A stretch of DNA of 27,654 nucleotides, taken from Utricularia gibba. Taxonomy: Eukaryota; Plantae; Magnoliophyta. Of the stretch, positions 26,701-27,654 are shown one piece after another; within the stretch, counting starts at the first letter, position 1, and each line of letters opens with the position of its first letter. The notes beneath the pieces were generated by a model. That model saw only the letters and a list, made by a program, of their open reading frames with translations. It was not told the origin of the DNA and made no database searches. The DNA lies in contig NEEC01000120.1 in the NCBI GenBank assembly GCA_002189035.1, positions 1 to 27,654 of the forward strand, in the 5' to 3' direction. A program made the translations under genes and the position numbers.

Positions 26701-27424
26701 TGTCCAGTCCATTCGCTAAGGAGTCCAGAACACCTGAAGGTAACGGCAAAGCTTGCGAGGCCCGTCCAGCAACGGAGAAAAGAAAGGAAGTAGTGCGCAT
26801 GGATGTGAACGCCTAAAAGAGCGTGGGAGTTTGCACTAGAGACCATCAACCCGTTGAATCGTGTCGATGCTTGAGGGAAGACGACCACCCATTCATCTTT
26901 GTACGTTGCATCGGACCTGGTTGAAAGTGAGGACGGAAAATTGGCTACACTCGTGAAGGTGCACGAGCAGTATGCTCAATCGGATGATGGTCAAGCCGTT
27001 AGCATACGGAAAACACACTCGCGTGTTGCGCACGCGGCTTTAACGATTGCTTAACCGAGTGATCCCTTCTCTATGTCCATCCACAATCTGGGTAAAAGGC
27101 ATCCGGAGGTCAGGCATTGGAATGTCGTAAGGTATGAAGTATGCATGTTGCAAGGCGTGACCTGCTTGCGAAGCAATACCGATCCATTCCACGTTACCCG
27201 CTTCTTTGCAAAGCCTGGAGGAGAATGGAATTTTGCATCAGGAGTGGATGCCATGGGGGTCGAATTATAAGGGAGGTGTGCGTTTGTTCCGTGAGCTATG
27301 TGGATTCGAAGCACAAGTGCTGGTGGTCGAGTTATGGACTTTGGGTTAGGAGTGGCTACACTCTGGATCCACGATCGATATGTTCTTCGATGCTCTATGA
27401 CTCATTTCTCATTCAATGATGTCC

Positions 27425-27654
27425 ACTCAATAGTAGCTTACGTGGCTCGCAACGTATGTTTGATATAGATGACATCCTTTAACCTGTATGGTCGAAGGTT
27501 TTCTCCTCCCAAACGTATAGCGGCATGCCCACTTTCGTGTCCAAATATTCAGGAGGTCGGGTGGTAGCCATCTAACGGCTGGATAGCACATCCACATCGT
27601 ATGTGCTCCGTAGAATGAATCCGAAAATGTTAATGTTTCCAACGCACGTTGTTG
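27425..27654. repeat. Partial 21st monomer (first ~230 bp), cut by the window end
   Basis: Matches the start of the unit, and carries the same 1-bp G deletion (cgggtgg for cggggtgg) as copies 19 and 20. Confidence 0.97.

Larger units (their letters stand above)
1..27654. repeat. Head-to-tail tandem array (macrosatellite-like) of a ~1372-bp unit, ~20.2 copies, running off both window ends
   Basis: The sequence actcaatagtagcttacgtggctcgc recurs at 1, 1370, 2742, 4114, 5485, 6857, 8229, 9601, 10971, 12343, 13715, 15086, 16457, 17829, 19201, 20572, 21943, 23314, 24687, 26056 and 27425. Unit lengths are 1369, 1372, 1372, 1371, 1372, 1372, 1372, 1370, 1372, 1372, 1371, 1371, 1372, 1372, 1371, 1371, 1371, 1373, 1369 and 1369 bp. 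The ORF track repeats with the same period, and there are no inverted copies or spacers. Confidence 0.99.

Noticed and set aside
55-27642. Repeated short ORFs of 62-133 aa on both strands (e.g. MYFPDLQQ..., MLSLMIFH..., MLQGVTCL...)
   Set aside because: They overlap one another in conflicting frames, have lengths expected by chance, show no recognisable domain, and are opened or closed freely by copy-specific indels. Not called as CDS.
1-27654. CRISPR array or transposon with terminal repeats
   Set aside because: The whole 1.37 kb repeats with no unique spacers, and I see no terminal inverted repeats, LTR/PBS/PPT arrangement, or cas, transposase or RT motifs.

Overview
The whole window is one head-to-tail tandem array of a ~1372-bp unit, with 20 complete copies plus a 230-bp partial copy. 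Taking position 1 as the phase, units start at 1, 1370, 2742, 4114, 5485, 6857, 8229, 9601, 10971, 12343, 13715, 15086, 16457, 17829, 19201, 20572, 21943, 23314, 24687, 26056 and 27425. No unique flank is visible. Copies are >99% identical. The ORF track is the same few short ORFs (60-133 aa) repeated, and I cannot support any intact gene, RNA gene, transposase, Rep protein or CRISPR. The informative signal is the variation between copies. Six recurrent polymorphic sites all fall within ~424 bp of the unit. Some alleles change in blocks along the array, one site cycles with a 4-unit period, and homopolymer indels are concentrated in the terminal copies. The + strand has a stop-poor frame and fragments that by eye resemble a decayed plant F-box/beta-propeller gene (low confidence). 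Best reading: a homogenised eukaryotic macrosatellite, possibly amplified from a pseudogene. A concatemer of a small circular element is less likely but not excluded. All counts are manual.
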